From Burkholderiales bacterium (GTDB lineage Bacteria; Pseudomonadota; Gammaproteobacteria; Burkholderiales; Ga0077523), in contig JAIESW010000053.1 in NCBI GenBank assembly GCA_019745565.1, positions 2,024 through 66,023 on the forward strand: a stretch of 64,000 nt of DNA. The letters are read 5' to 3'. Positions 1 through 9,823 of this stretch are shown here, piece after piece (positions within the stretch are counted from its first letter, which is position 1; each line of letters begins with the position of its first letter). Position numbers and translations under genes: made by a program. The notes under the pieces are model-generated. The model worked only from the letters and a program-made list of their open reading frames with translations. It was not told the DNA's origin and ran no database searches.

Positions 1-167
1 CGACCCTGATCTGCACGCCGTGTTCGCTCGCGCAGGAAGTCGGTCTCGCTCTCGGTGCCCAGGCCGGCGAGAAGCGCATGCGCGAGGTGGTCGAGGGGGC
101 GGGCTTCACGCGATTTCGCCGTGCGATGCAGTCACCCTTCAACCTGGTGTACGAGGCGCGGCCGTAG
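1..167 (+). CDS. 3' end of a SAM-dependent methyltransferase-like gene (partial, start outside window)
   Basis: Frame 3 is open from the window edge to TAG 165-167. It reads ...GAQAGEKRMREVVEGAGFTRFRRAMQSPFNLVYEARP, a C-terminal pattern I associate with class I methyltransferases. Only 54 codons are visible. Confidence 0.4.
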   Translation, partial: TLICTPCSLAQEVGLALGAQAGEKRMREVVEGAGFTRFRRAMQSPFNLVYEARP

Positions 168-179
168 GTGCAGCGCGTT

Positions 180-1226
180 TCAAGCGGCCGGATTCGGATA
201 TCGAAGCTGGATCCGGTCGATTTCCGCCAGCGTCCCTGCGTCAAGATCGAACTGCGCTGCCGCAATGTCTTCCTTCAGCTGGGCCATGGACGTCGCACCG
301 ATGATCGACGAACCGAGGAACCAGCGGCTTGCCACGTAACCCAGCGCGAGTTGCACCAGCGTGATGTCGCGCCGCTTCGCCAGCGCCGCATAGGCTTCCA
401 CGGCCTCCGGCACCAGCGGCTTGCGAAAGCGCACGCCGAGAGAATCGAACAACGTGAAGCGCGCGTTCTCCGGTTGTGCGCCGCCGAGGTACTTGCCGGA
501 AAGAATGCCCGCGGCCAGCGGGCTGTACGCCAGCAACGACATCTTCTGGCGGAACAGTGTCTCCGCCAGATCGTTGTCCACGTTGCGCGAGAGCAGGCTG
601 TAGCTGTTCTGCAATGTCACCGGTCCCGGCACGTCGAGCTCGTGAGCAGCCCGCCAGAACTCACACACGCCCCAGGCACTCTCGTTGGAGAGGCCGTAAT
701 GACGGATCTTGCCCGCCCGGATCATCGCGGCCATCCCTTCGACCTGCTCGTGGATGGAAGGGCCTCCCGATTTTTCCTTCGAGGGGTCGAATGCGGTAGC
801 GCCGAAGTTCGGCACGTTCCGTTGCGGCCAATGGATCTGGTAGAGATCGATGTAGTCCGTCTGCAGCCGCGCGAGGCTGGTATCCACCGCCTCTGCGATC
901 ACGTCCTTCGTGAGATCGGTGCGCCCGCCGCGGATCCAGTCGCGGCGGCCGGGGCCGGCAACCTTGGTGGCGATGATCAGGCTGTCCCGTCGCTGCTTCG
1001 CGAGCCAGGTGCCGAGGTAGGTTTCGGTGCGGCCCTGGGTCTGCGCATTGGGCGGCACCGGGTACATCTCCGCGGTGTCGATGAAGTTGATGCCCTGGGC
1101 AACCGCGTAGTCGAGTTGTTCGTGAGCTTCGGCCTCGGTGTTCTGCTGGCCCCAGGTCATGGTGCCGAGGCAGACCTTGGACACATCGAGATCGGTGCCG
1201 GGCAAGGTCAGGGTCTGCATGGTCAT
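180..1226 (-). CDS. tas: NADP(H)-dependent aldo-keto reductase, Tas-like
   Basis: 348 aa, near-colinear with E. coli Tas as I remember it (LGTMTWGQQNTEAEAHEQLDYAVAQGINFIDTAEMYPVPP, QIHWPQR, GLSNESAWG). Confidence 0.9.
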   Translation of the reverse strand: MTMQTLTLPGTDLDVSKVCLGTMTWGQQNTEAEAHEQLDYAVAQGINFIDTAEMYPVPPNAQTQGRTETYLGTWLAKQRRDSLIIATKVAGPGRRDWIRGGRTDLTKDVIAEAVDTSLARLQTDYIDLYQIHWPQRNVPNFGATAFDPSKEKSGGPSIHEQVEGMAAMIRAGKIRHYGLSNESAWGVCEFWRAAHELDVPGPVTLQNSYSLLSRNVDNDLAETLFRQKMSLLAYSPLAAGILSGKYLGGAQPENARFTLFDSLGVRFRKPLVPEAVEAYAALAKRRDITLVQLALGYVASRWFLGSSIIGATSMAQLKEDIAAAQFDLDAGTLAEIDRIQLRYPNPAA

Positions 1227-1248
1227 TCCTCTTTCGAAGCGGTGGCCG

Positions 1249-2874
1249 TCACGGCATCCACGGCACCATCTCCACCGTGCCCTTGGGCGCGAACGGGATC
1301 TCGATCAGCCACAACCCGCCGGCCGACTGCGCCTTGCGCACGGTGGCACCGAGATCCTTCGCATCGACGCGCGCGCTTCGTGCACCGAACGCATCGCCGA
1401 GCTTCACGAAATCCGGGTTGGTGAGTTCGGCCCCGATGTGCCGGCCGCCCAGCACACGATCCTGATACTGGCGGATGGCGCCGAACGCGTTGTCGTTGAA
1501 TACCAGCACGACGAGGTCGATGTCGAGCGCCCGCGCCGTGGCGAGTTCCTGCAGCGTGAACAGGAAGCCGCCGTCGCCGCAGATCGCGACGACCGGCTGA
1601 TCGGGGCACGCGAGCTTCGCGCCGATCGCTGCCGGCAGTGCATAGCCCAGCGTGCCGTAAGTGCCGGGATGGATCAGCGTGCGCGGCTGATAGGTGTCCA
1701 TCATCACGGGCATCCAGTAACCCACCAGCGTCAGATCGTCCACGAAGATCGTGTCGTCGGGCGTTGCTGCTCGCAATGACTCGATCACTTCGAGCACCGG
1801 ACCGGCACGCTCGGCGAACACGTCACGCTTGCGCTTGCGGAAGGCCGCAACGTCGAACCACGACGCGCGTGGACGGTGTCCGTCCAGGCGGGCGGCGAGT
1901 GCGCCGAGCACCTGGGCGGCGTCGCCCACAATGCCTACGTCGACCGGTCGGCGCTGGCCGATCACCATCGGATCGATGTCGATCTGCACGATGCGCTCGG
2001 GAAAGCGCGCGCCGCCGTTCCAGTCGGTGACGATGTCGATGCGCGAGCCGACCACCAGGACCATGTCGGCCTGGCCCAGCAGCTCGTCGTAGAAGTTGTA
2101 GCGTCCCCAGCCGTCACCCACTGCCAGCGGATGGCGATCGGAGATGGCACCTCGTCCGAACGCGCTCGTGACGACGGGAGCTCCGAGTGCTTCCGCCACG
2201 TGCACCAGCGATTCGGTGGCTTGCGCGCTTTCCACGCCGCCGCCGGCGAAGATGAACGGACGCTTCGCCGATTCGAGCGCTTCTGCGGCGAGATCGATGG
2301 CCGCCGGATCGCCGGCGGGGCGGACGTACCGCGCGGGCGGCAGCACGGCGACGTCCGCTTCTCCGCTCTGCACGTCCAGCGGCATTTCGATGTAAGAGGG
2401 TCGCGGCCGCTTGCAGCGCATCGAGCGCATCGCTTCGCGGACGATCCGCGGAATCTCGGCGGGCGTCATCGCGCGCGTCGCATAGCCGCACACGGACGCG
2501 GCCACGTTCACCGAGTTGGCGAGTTCGTGGAAATGCCCGCCTTCGCGCTCGAGCTGGGCGATCGCGTTCTGTCCGCCGAACACGAGCATCGGCGACGACT
2601 CGGTGTAGGCCATGCCCATGCCGGTGAGCGCATTGGTGAGCCCGGGCCCCGGCACCACGAAGCAGGCGGCGATCTTGCCCGAGGCGCGGGCATAGCCGTC
2701 CGCCATCAGCGACGCGCCTTGTTCATGGCGGACGGTGACGACCTTGAAGTCCGGGTCGCCGTGCACGCCGTCGAACAGCGGGCAATCGTGCGTCCCGACG
2801 ATCCCGAAGATGTGGTCGATGCCTTCGGCTTTCAGCGCCATCGCGACTGCGCGGCCGCCTGTCATGCGTTGCAT
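1249..2874 (-). CDS. Thiamine-pyrophosphate enzyme (acetolactate synthase large-subunit-like family)
   Basis: Start trimmed to MQRMTGGRAVAMALKAEGIDHIFG (ATG at 2874-2872); the ORF-track extension reads through a REP element. TPP motif GDGGFLFTLQELATA...VFNDNAFG is present. Confidence 0.85.
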   Translation of the reverse strand: MQRMTGGRAVAMALKAEGIDHIFGIVGTHDCPLFDGVHGDPDFKVVTVRHEQGASLMADGYARASGKIAACFVVPGPGLTNALTGMGMAYTESSPMLVFGGQNAIAQLEREGGHFHELANSVNVAASVCGYATRAMTPAEIPRIVREAMRSMRCKRPRPSYIEMPLDVQSGEADVAVLPPARYVRPAGDPAAIDLAAEALESAKRPFIFAGGGVESAQATESLVHVAEALGAPVVTSAFGRGAISDRHPLAVGDGWGRYNFYDELLGQADMVLVVGSRIDIVTDWNGGARFPERIVQIDIDPMVIGQRRPVDVGIVGDAAQVLGALAARLDGHRPRASWFDVAAFRKRKRDVFAERAGPVLEVIESLRAATPDDTIFVDDLTLVGYWMPVMMDTYQPRTLIHPGTYGTLGYALPAAIGAKLACPDQPVVAICGDGGFLFTLQELATARALDIDLVVLVFNDNAFGAIRQYQDRVLGGRHIGAELTNPDFVKLGDAFGARSARVDAKDLGATVRKAQSAGGLWLIEIPFAPKGTVEMVPWMP

Positions 2875-2935
2875 GGTCTGCCCTGGGTGGGTTGTCGTTG
2901 TGGGTGCCAATATACCGGGAGTGGTGGAGGAGGCT

Positions 2936-3051
2936 GCCCCCACCCCAACCCTCCCCCATCTTCGATGGGGGAGGGAGTGCATCCTGTCTCGCTCCGCAAA
3001 CCATAAGCACTCCTTCCCCCGGCTTCGCCGGGGGAAGGTTGGGATGGGGGC
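2936..3051. repeat. REP-A copy 1 (long variant, reverse orientation)
   Basis: gcccccaccccaaccctccccc-loop-gggggaggg, 35-nt spacer, ccttccccc-loop-gggggaaggttgggatgggggc. Lies between divergent gene starts. Confidence 0.85.
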
Positions 3052-3172
3052 CAGCATCCCCATCGCCACACCCTCCCGTGAGCGATTCCCGTCCCCCTCG
3101 GGCTCGACTACCGAGCGCACCATCAGGCGTCCTGCCACAATAGGAATCCCCTGATCTCCAGAGAGTTCGGCA

Positions 3173-4138
3173 ATGAGTCTTCGATGGCTTCCGGCGCTGT
3201 TCGGTCTCGCGATGTTCGCCGTATCGGCATCCGCGGAAGACAAGTACCCGAGCCGCCCCGTCACCTTCATCGTCCCGCAGGCCACCGGCGGCGCCAACGA
3301 TGCGATCGCGCGCGTGATCGCGCAGAAGCTGTCGGTGGTGATGAACCGGCAGTTCCTGGTGGACAATCGGCCGGGGGCGGGCGGCAACATCGCAACGGCG
3401 CTCGTCGCGAAGGCGAGGCCGGACGGCTACACGCTGCTGCTGACGGCCAACAGCATGCTGGTCATCAATCCGGCGTTGTACCGGTCACCCGGCTTCGATC
3501 CGGTGAAGGACTTCGAGCCGGTGTCGCTCGTTGCCACGGCGGGTTTCGTCATCGCGGCCAATCCCGCGTTTCCGCCGAACTCGATCAAGGAACTGATCGC
3601 CGCAGCGAAGGCTTCACCCGAACCGTTGCTTTACGGGTCTGCCGGCGTTGGGACGATCAATCATCTGCTGGGTGAGATGTTCAACAAGGCCGCCGGCATC
3701 CGTCTCGCGCACGTGCCGTACAAGGCTGCGACGACGGCGGTCGCGGACGTCATGAGCGGACAGATTCCGCTCGCGGTGCTCAGCGTGCCGGTGTCGCTGG
3801 GGATGGTGCAGGCGGGCAAGTTGAAGGTGCTGGGCGTCGCCAACGAGCGCCGGATCGCGGCGCTGCCCGATGCGCCGACCATCGGGGAGACGGTCAAGGG
3901 GTTCGGGGCGACGCCCTGGTATGGCGTCGTCGCACCGGCCGGCACGCCGAAGGCGATCGTCGATCAGCTGCACGCGATGTTGCAACAGGTGCTCGACGCC
4001 AAGGACGTGCAGGAGAAGCTCGTTGCCCTCGGCTGTGAAGTGCGCAAGGGAGGACCGGCACAATTCTCCGCGCTGATTCGCGACGACCTGCCGAAGTGGG
4101 CGAAGGTCGTGGCGGAGTCGGGGGCGACGGTGGAGTGA
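3173..4138 (+). CDS. Bug/TctC-family tripartite tricarboxylate transporter substrate-binding protein
   Basis: Signal peptide, then the typical YPSRPVTFIVPQATGGANDAIARVIAQKL and GKLKVLGV patterns. 321 aa. Confidence 0.9.
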   Translation: MSLRWLPALFGLAMFAVSASAEDKYPSRPVTFIVPQATGGANDAIARVIAQKLSVVMNRQFLVDNRPGAGGNIATALVAKARPDGYTLLLTANSMLVINPALYRSPGFDPVKDFEPVSLVATAGFVIAANPAFPPNSIKELIAAAKASPEPLLYGSAGVGTINHLLGEMFNKAAGIRLAHVPYKAATTAVADVMSGQIPLAVLSVPVSLGMVQAGKLKVLGVANERRIAALPDAPTIGETVKGFGATPWYGVVAPAGTPKAIVDQLHAMLQQVLDAKDVQEKLVALGCEVRKGGPAQFSALIRDDLPKWAKVVAESGATVE

Positions 4139-4186
4139 CTGGCGGGAACGGCGCTTTGAACTGTTCGCGACGCATCCGGTATCGCT

Positions 4187-4301
4187 GCCCCCATCCCAAC
4201 CTTCCCCCACCGGGGGTGGGGGAAGGAGTGCACGTGGTTGATGCCTACCGGCGCGCGCATCCCCTCCCCCAGCTTTGCTGGGGGAGGGTCAGGGTGGGGG
4301 C
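4187..4301. repeat. REP-A copy 2 (long variant, forward orientation)
   Basis: gcccccatcccaaccttccccc...gggggaagg, 34-nt spacer, cccctccccc...gggggagggtcagggtgggggc. Lies between convergent gene ends. Confidence 0.85.
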
Positions 4302-4315
4302 AGCGCTGCCGCCGA

Positions 4316-4537
4316 TCAACTCTCGTACTTGAACGACAACGATACCCGCGCCCGATACGCGACCACTTTGCCTGCGTCCACCTTCATGTCGAGCTTGGTG
4401 ATCTCGGCGATGCGCAGGTCGCGCAGCGTCTTCGCGGCCGTCGCCACCGCGTTGCTGGCTGCGTCTTCCCACGACTTCTTGCTGGTACCGACTACTTCAA
4501 CGATCTTGTAGATGCCGTCGCCATTCTTTTTGGCCAT
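4316..4537 (-). CDS. Dodecin-family flavin-binding protein
   Basis: 73 aa, MAKKNGDGIYKIVEVVGTSKKSWEDAASNAV...; GGAGGA lies upstream of ATG 4537. The 304-aa ORF-track version is an unsupported 5' extension. Confidence 0.8.
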   Translation of the reverse strand: MAKKNGDGIYKIVEVVGTSKKSWEDAASNAVATAAKTLRDLRIAEITKLDMKVDAGKVVAYRARVSLSFKYES

Positions 4538-4650
4538 GGTCCGTCTCCTCCATCCGTTGTTGTCGATCGCTAAGGGAACGCCTCGCGCCTCGAGAGAAGG
4601 CGGGCAGCATCCATCATAGCCCTGTCGCGGAGGAACGGCCGATACCCCCT

Positions 4651-5367
4651 TCAGGCGCCCCTGAACGGGACTCGCAGCTGGATCATCCGGAGCAGGAGCA
4701 GCACCGCCACGCCGGCCAGCAGATGCTTGATCGAATGTCCGCTGATCGCGTGGCCCCAGTCGGAGATCTTCGTGTCGAAGATCTCGGCAACCTTCGCCAG
4801 TGCATACATCAGCAGCACGGCGAAGATGACGCCGCTGCGGGTGTATCGCGACCGGCGCGTGACGGCGAGTGCGAATATGGCGGCGATGGAACCGTACTGG
4901 GCGATGCCGTAGGGGATGAGGTTCTCGGCTCCCTGCAGGGCACTCCAGCGCCAGTACACCACGCTGCCGGCGCCATACAGCATGAGCGGCACGAGCAGCC
5001 GGATACCCCATTGCGCGCTCAGACGTTCCGAGATCATCGCCGCCAGCAGCGCGGTGAACGCCAGACTGATGGGCAGGCGGTCCCACACCAGTCGAGCGTC
5101 GTCGGGCGCCAGGTGGTAGTACATGGAGCCGATGCCCGTCAGCGTGACGGCGGCGAACAACCCCCAGTACGCGAACCGCTCCCCCGGCATCTCGAACCGG
5201 ATCAATCGTGCGCTCGCGCGATCGCGCCACAGGAAGATGAGCCCCAGGATGCCGACCAGCAGCAGGGGCAGGTTCGACAGCGTGTTGAACGCGTTGGCGA
5301 CGCCGAGCCAGGTTCGGTCATCGGCGAAGGAGTGATAACTCTGGTCCTGTTGCGCGCTCAGGTTCAT
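4651..5367 (-). CDS. Ceramidase-family (alkaline phytoceramidase-like) polytopic membrane protein
   Basis: 238 aa from MNLSAQQ. About 7 hydrophobic spans, with NAFNTLSNLP, GSMYYH...DRLPIS and GHSIKHLLAG motifs. Confidence 0.65.
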   Translation of the reverse strand: MNLSAQQDQSYHSFADDRTWLGVANAFNTLSNLPLLLVGILGLIFLWRDRASARLIRFEMPGERFAYWGLFAAVTLTGIGSMYYHLAPDDARLVWDRLPISLAFTALLAAMISERLSAQWGIRLLVPLMLYGAGSVVYWRWSALQGAENLIPYGIAQYGSIAAIFALAVTRRSRYTRSGVIFAVLLMYALAKVAEIFDTKISDWGHAISGHSIKHLLAGVAVLLLLRMIQLRVPFRGA

Positions 5368-5526
5368 GGCACGGAGGGCGAAGTGGGGGGGGCGTCGACC
5401 AGCACGGCCGGGTTGATACGCTTGCCTCGCTAATCTAGCATTGCCGCAGCGGGATCGAGATTTCGAGAAACCGGCCGCCAGCCGAAGCGGTCGGGCGATT
5501 CCGCGAACGACGGAGGATAAAACGAT

Positions 5527-6408
5527 ATGGGGTTTGAGATTGCGCCGCTGCATCCAGTGTTTGCGGCCGAAATTACCGGCATCGATCTGAGACAGCCGGC
5601 TGAGCCGTCGCTGCTGGCTGCCATCGAGGCGGCCTTGAATCGCTACGCGGTGGTGGTGATCCGCGACCAGAAGTTCGACGATGACCAGCAGCTTGCGTTC
5701 GCCCAGTCCATGGGGCCGCTGGAGCCCTCGGTGGCCGTGGTCGATTCGCACCGGCATCGCCTGAAGTACCGCGAGATGGTGGACATCTCCAACCTGGAGG
5801 TGGATGGCTCGATCATGCGCGCCGACGACCGCCGCCGGATGTTCAACTTCGGCAATCTGCTCTGGCACAGCGACAGCAGCTTCAAGTCGACGCCGGCCAA
5901 GCACTCGATGCTGCATGCGCGGGTGGTACCGCCGGAGGGCGGCAATACCGAGTTCGCCGACATGCGTGCGGCCTGGGACGCGTTGCCGGAAGCGACGAAG
6001 ACACTGATCGAACCGCTCGTCTGCGACCATTCGCTGATCTATTCGCGGGCGCTGCTGGGCTTCGACGATTTCACCGAGGCCGAACGGGACGAGTTCGCGC
6101 CCGTGCCGCAGCGGCTGGTGCGACGCCACGCCGGGTCGGGGCGGCGCAGCATCTATCTCTCGTCGCACATCGGCTTGATCCGCGGTTGGCCGCGACCCGA
6201 AGGCATGGTGCTGATCCGCGAACTGATGGAGCACGCCACCCAGCGCCAGTTCGTCTACAGCCATCCCTGGCGGTTGCACGACCTGGTGATCTGGGACAAC
6301 CGCTGCACCATGCATCGCGCGCGGCCCTTCGACGACAAGCGCTACAAGCGCGACATGCGCCGCCTCACCCTCGAGGACAGCGCACCGACGCTGGAACAGG
6401 CGGCCTGA
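5527..6408 (+). CDS. TauD/TfdA-family Fe(II)/2-oxoglutarate dioxygenase
   Basis: LWHSDSSF (HxD) and WDNRCTMHRA motifs. 293 aa. Confidence 0.85.
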   Translation: MGFEIAPLHPVFAAEITGIDLRQPAEPSLLAAIEAALNRYAVVVIRDQKFDDDQQLAFAQSMGPLEPSVAVVDSHRHRLKYREMVDISNLEVDGSIMRADDRRRMFNFGNLLWHSDSSFKSTPAKHSMLHARVVPPEGGNTEFADMRAAWDALPEATKTLIEPLVCDHSLIYSRALLGFDDFTEAERDEFAPVPQRLVRRHAGSGRRSIYLSSHIGLIRGWPRPEGMVLIRELMEHATQRQFVYSHPWRLHDLVIWDNRCTMHRARPFDDKRYKRDMRRLTLEDSAPTLEQAA

Positions 6409-6429
6409 GCACGCAGTCCGCCACCCGGT

Positions 6430-7716
6430 TCAGCGGTGGCGGAGCTCCTTCAGCAGCGCGACTGCCCGATCGGCGCGCACGTCGCGTTCCTCGGCCATGC
6501 GGCGGGCGATACGATCCACTTCATCGCCCACGGCACCCGCGACGAGCGCCAGATTGCGGGCGTGCAAGGCCATGTGGCCGCGCTGGATGCCTTCGGTCGC
6601 GAGCGCACGCAAGGCGCCCACGTTCTGCGCGAGTCCGACGGCGACCGTGATTTCGGCGAGTTCGCGCGCAGTCTTCACGCCGAGGATCTCGAGCGCGACC
6701 CGGGCGAGCGGATGGGTCTTGGTCGCGCCACCCACGAGCCCCAGCGGCATCGGCATTTCGATGCTGCCTACCAGCGCGCCGGACTCGTCCTTCTCCCATC
6801 GTGTGAGCGACGTGTAACGACCGCTGCGGCTCGCGTACGCGTGCGCACCGGCTTCCACCGCGCGCCAGTCGTTGCCGGTGGCCACCACGATCGGATCGAT
6901 GCCGTTCATGATGCCCTTGTTGTGAGTCGCCGCGCGATACGGGTCGACCGCGGCGAAGGTGTAGGCGTCGAGGATGCCCTCGATCACGTCCTTGCCCTGG
7001 AACTCGGATGTCGTCAGCGTCTCGGGCGCGTAGCGCACGCGTGCGCGCGCGAGGCGCAGGTCCGCAAGATTGGAGAGGATGCGCAGGCGCACCGATCCGC
7101 CGGTGAGTTTCTCCGCGAGCGGTGCCACGGACTCGGCCATGGTGTTGACCGTGTTCGCGCCCATCGCGTCGCGGACGTCGACGATGAGATGCATCACGGC
7201 CATCGGTCCGCGCGGCGTGTCGGGAAACACGTGGACCTCGATGTCGCGGCATCCTCCACCCAGGCCGACCAGCACCTTGTCGCGACTGTTGGCGAGTTCG
7301 ACGATCTCGGTCTTGCGCGCGAGCAGCGCCTGACGGGCCGCCTCTGCATCTGTGATGCCGACGATCTGCACCTGGGCGCGCATCAGCGGCTCGGTGCTGG
7401 AAGTTTCGAAACCGCCGGCAACACGGGCAAGCTTCGCCATGAACGATGCCGCTGCCACGACGGACGGTTCCTCGACCACCATCGGCACCAGCACGTCGCG
7501 CCCGTTGATCGTGAAGTTGGTGGCGATCGCGAACGGCAGTTCGAACGTGCCAACGACGTTCTCGATCATGCCGTTGGCAATGGCGAGCGGCAGCGCACCC
7601 GGTTGCGAGAGGCGGCCTGCGGAGTCGGTGCTCAGCGCAGCGGCGCGGGTCAGCAGCGCCAGGCGTTGTTCGGGGGTGAGTGAGCGGAAGTCGGAGAGGC
7701 GGGAGTCGAGGGCCAT
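6430..7716 (-). CDS. mvaA: Class II (NAD-type, degradative-like) HMG-CoA reductase
   Basis: 428 aa with [33 protein letters not shown] and [14 protein letters not shown] motifs. Confidence 0.9.
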   Translation of the reverse strand: MALDSRLSDFRSLTPEQRLALLTRAAALSTDSAGRLSQPGALPLAIANGMIENVVGTFELPFAIATNFTINGRDVLVPMVVEEPSVVAAASFMAKLARVAGGFETSSTEPLMRAQVQIVGITDAEAARQALLARKTEIVELANSRDKVLVGLGGGCRDIEVHVFPDTPRGPMAVMHLIVDVRDAMGANTVNTMAESVAPLAEKLTGGSVRLRILSNLADLRLARARVRYAPETLTTSEFQGKDVIEGILDAYTFAAVDPYRAATHNKGIMNGIDPIVVATGNDWRAVEAGAHAYASRSGRYTSLTRWEKDESGALVGSIEMPMPLGLVGGATKTHPLARVALEILGVKTARELAEITVAVGLAQNVGALRALATEGIQRGHMALHARNLALVAGAVGDEVDRIARRMAEERDVRADRAVALLKELRHR

Positions 7717-7804
7717 CGTGATGGGCGTTTCAGGGGGTGAGGGCGCATGTTAACTGCAGGCATCTTGGTCCTGACCTGGTTGTGGTGGTCGCGCGCGCTA
7801 CGCT

Positions 7805-7894
7805 GCCCCCATCCCAACCTTCCCCCACCGCAGGCGGGGGAAGGGGTGTACGTCCCCTCCCCCGGCTGCGCCGGGGGAGGGTTAGGGTGGGGGC
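7805..7894. repeat. REP-A copy 3 (90 bp, forward)
   Basis: gcccccatcccaaccttcccccaccgcaggcgggggaaggggtgtacgtcccctcccccggctgcgccgggggagggttagggtgggggc. Confidence 0.9.
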
Positions 7895-7903
7895 ATGCAG
7901 CCC

Positions 7904-8647
7904 CTAAGCCGCATCATGAAAAATAACCCCCAACGTATGCCTCTGCCCCACGCGCACCCGGCTCACCCCATGCCGCATGTTCACCCGATAGACGCCCCGC
8001 GTCCCCTGCACCGGTCGCTGATGCACGGCAAAGATCGCCGCATCGCCTTTGCGCAGCGGCAGCACCTCCGCGCGCGACTGCATGCGCGGCCGCTGTTCGG
8101 TCAGCACGAACTCCCCGCCGATGAAATCCTCGCCGGGTTCCGACAGCAGGATCGCCAACTGCAGCGGAAACACGTGTTCGCCGTACAGATCCTGATGCAG
8201 GCAGTTGTAGTCCTCCGGGCCGTACCGCAGCAGCAAGGGCGTCGGGCGCGACTGTCCGGCTGCATGGCAGCGATCGAGGAACGTGGCGTGCTGCAGCGGA
8301 TACCGGACGTCGATCCCCATCGCGATGTTCCACAGATTGGCGATGGGAGCGAGCCGCGGATACAACGTGGCACGGAGCTCCTGCACCAACGAGGGCAGCG
8401 GATACGAGAAGTACTGGTACTCGCCGCGACCGAACCCGTGCCGTTCCATGACGATGCGACTGCGAAAGCGACCACCGTCCGCGTAGAGTTCAACGAGAGC
8501 TTCGCACTGCTCCGGCTGCAGCAGGCCTTCGACGATCGCACACCCGCGCGTATCCAGCTCTTCGCCGATCCTCGGCCAGTCGACGGCGTCGATGCGGACC
8601 GCAAGTTCGGGCGGCGGGCCAAGCGATCGGCGGGCGAGGGTGCTCAT
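7904..8647 (-). CDS. 2OG-Fe(II) oxygenase-superfamily protein, translationally coupled to ada
   Basis: 247 aa from MSTLARR. Has an LHQD (HxD) motif plus distal RHGVS. Its ATG overlaps the ada stop (ATGA at 8644-8647). Confidence 0.8.
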   Translation of the reverse strand: MSTLARRSLGPPPELAVRIDAVDWPRIGEELDTRGCAIVEGLLQPEQCEALVELYADGGRFRSRIVMERHGFGRGEYQYFSYPLPSLVQELRATLYPRLAPIANLWNIAMGIDVRYPLQHATFLDRCHAAGQSRPTPLLLRYGPEDYNCLHQDLYGEHVFPLQLAILLSEPGEDFIGGEFVLTEQRPRMQSRAEVLPLRKGDAAIFAVHQRPVQGTRGVYRVNMRHGVSRVRVGQRHTLGVIFHDAA

Positions 8648-9723
8648 GCTTTGCCTTCCCGCTCGAGCAGGGCGCGCTTGCGTTCGACGCCCCAGCGGTA
8701 GCCCGACAATGCGCCGTCGTTGCGTACCACGCGATGGCAGGGGATCGCGACCGCCAGCGCATTCGCGGCACACGCCTGCGCAACTGCGCGCACTGCCTTC
8801 GGCGCACCGATGTGTTCGGCGACCTGTGCATAGCTGACGGTCGAGCCGGCGGGAATCTCCGTGAGGGCCTGCCAGACGCGTTGCTGGAACGCGGTGCCGC
8901 GCACGTCGAGCGGCAGATCGAGGCCGATGCGCGGCGCTTCGACGAACCCCACCACCTTGGCCACCAGTTTCTCGAAACCGGCATCGCCGCCGATGAGCTG
9001 AGCGTTGGGAAACCGATCCTGCAGATCGCGGAGCAGCACATTCGGATCATCGTCGAGCAGGATGGCACAGACGCCGCGCACGCTCGCTGCCACGAGGATC
9101 GCGCCGAGCGAGCATTGGCCGATGGCGAAGCGGATCTCGGTCTCGGAGCCGCCCGCACGAAAATCCGATGCCTTCATGCCGAGCACGCGATCCGCCTCGG
9201 CATAGAACCGGCCGCTGGAGTTGTAGCCGGCATCGAAGATCGCGTCGGTGACCGTCTCCCCGCGACCCAGTGCGTTGCGCACGCGGTGTGCGCGATGGGC
9301 GGCGGCATAGGCCTTGGGAGTCAACCCGGTGGCGGCCTTGAACACGCGATGGAAGTGATAGGTGCTGAGACCTGCACGGTCGGCGAGCTCCGCGAGGTTG
9401 GGCGCCGTGTCGGCAGCTTCGATCATGCGGCAGATCGCGGCGACCTTCGCGGCATGCTGTTCGGCAAGCGGTGGCTGGTCCGGCCGGCAACGTTTGCAGG
9501 GCCGGAAGCCGGCCCGCTCGGCATCTTCGCGCGTCGTGTGGAAGCGGACGTTTTCGGGGCGAGCGAGGCGGGCGGCGCAGGAGGGACGGCAGTACACGCC
9601 GGTGGTAGCGACGGAGTAGTAGAAGGTACCGTCTGCGTTGGCGTCGCGCGCGGCGATTGCGGGCCAGCGCGGGTCGTCGAGGGTTTCGGCAGCGCGTTGT
9701 TCGGTACGGGTGGTGGCGTTCAT
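8644..9723 (-). CDS. ada: Bifunctional Ada: methylphosphotriester-DNA methyltransferase/AraC activator + O6-methylguanine-DNA methyltransferase
   Basis: N-terminal Cys4 pattern (YCRPSCAARL...PCKRCRP), AraC HTH (LSTYHFHRVFKAATG) and C-terminal IPCHRVV active site. Start trimmed to MNATTRT (ATG 9723). Confidence 0.9.
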   Translation of the reverse strand: MNATTRTEQRAAETLDDPRWPAIAARDANADGTFYYSVATTGVYCRPSCAARLARPENVRFHTTREDAERAGFRPCKRCRPDQPPLAEQHAAKVAAICRMIEAADTAPNLAELADRAGLSTYHFHRVFKAATGLTPKAYAAAHRAHRVRNALGRGETVTDAIFDAGYNSSGRFYAEADRVLGMKASDFRAGGSETEIRFAIGQCSLGAILVAASVRGVCAILLDDDPNVLLRDLQDRFPNAQLIGGDAGFEKLVAKVVGFVEAPRIGLDLPLDVRGTAFQQRVWQALTEIPAGSTVSYAQVAEHIGAPKAVRAVAQACAANALAVAIPCHRVVRNDGALSGYRWGVERKRALLEREGKA

Positions 9724-9797
9724 GGTTGCAGACCTCGGGAGTCGGGTGGCGGATGTCTGCACTCTAGGTTTCATTGTGGCGGATCGCACTCCGGTGC

Positions 9798-9810
9798 TTG
9801 CTTTTGAATT
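9798..9810 (-). promoter_or_regulatory. Candidate Ada box (AAT-N6-GCAA)
   Basis: The minus strand reads AATTCAAAAGCAA about 75 nt upstream of the ada ATG. It matches the AATnnnnnnGCAA consensus as I recall it. Confidence 0.35.
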
Positions 9811-9823
9811 CTGCGCTGGATGG

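Noticed and set aside
1249-3390. 5'-extended versions of real genes in the ORF track (1249-3390, 4316-5230, 4651-6315, 26101-27843, 9820-11106, 18832-19434, 8644-9831, 42309-43655, 40007-41203).
   Set aside because: The extensions run through REP elements, intergenic DNA or the neighbouring gene and lose all family similarity. Internal starts with SD sequences or stop/start overlaps fit better.
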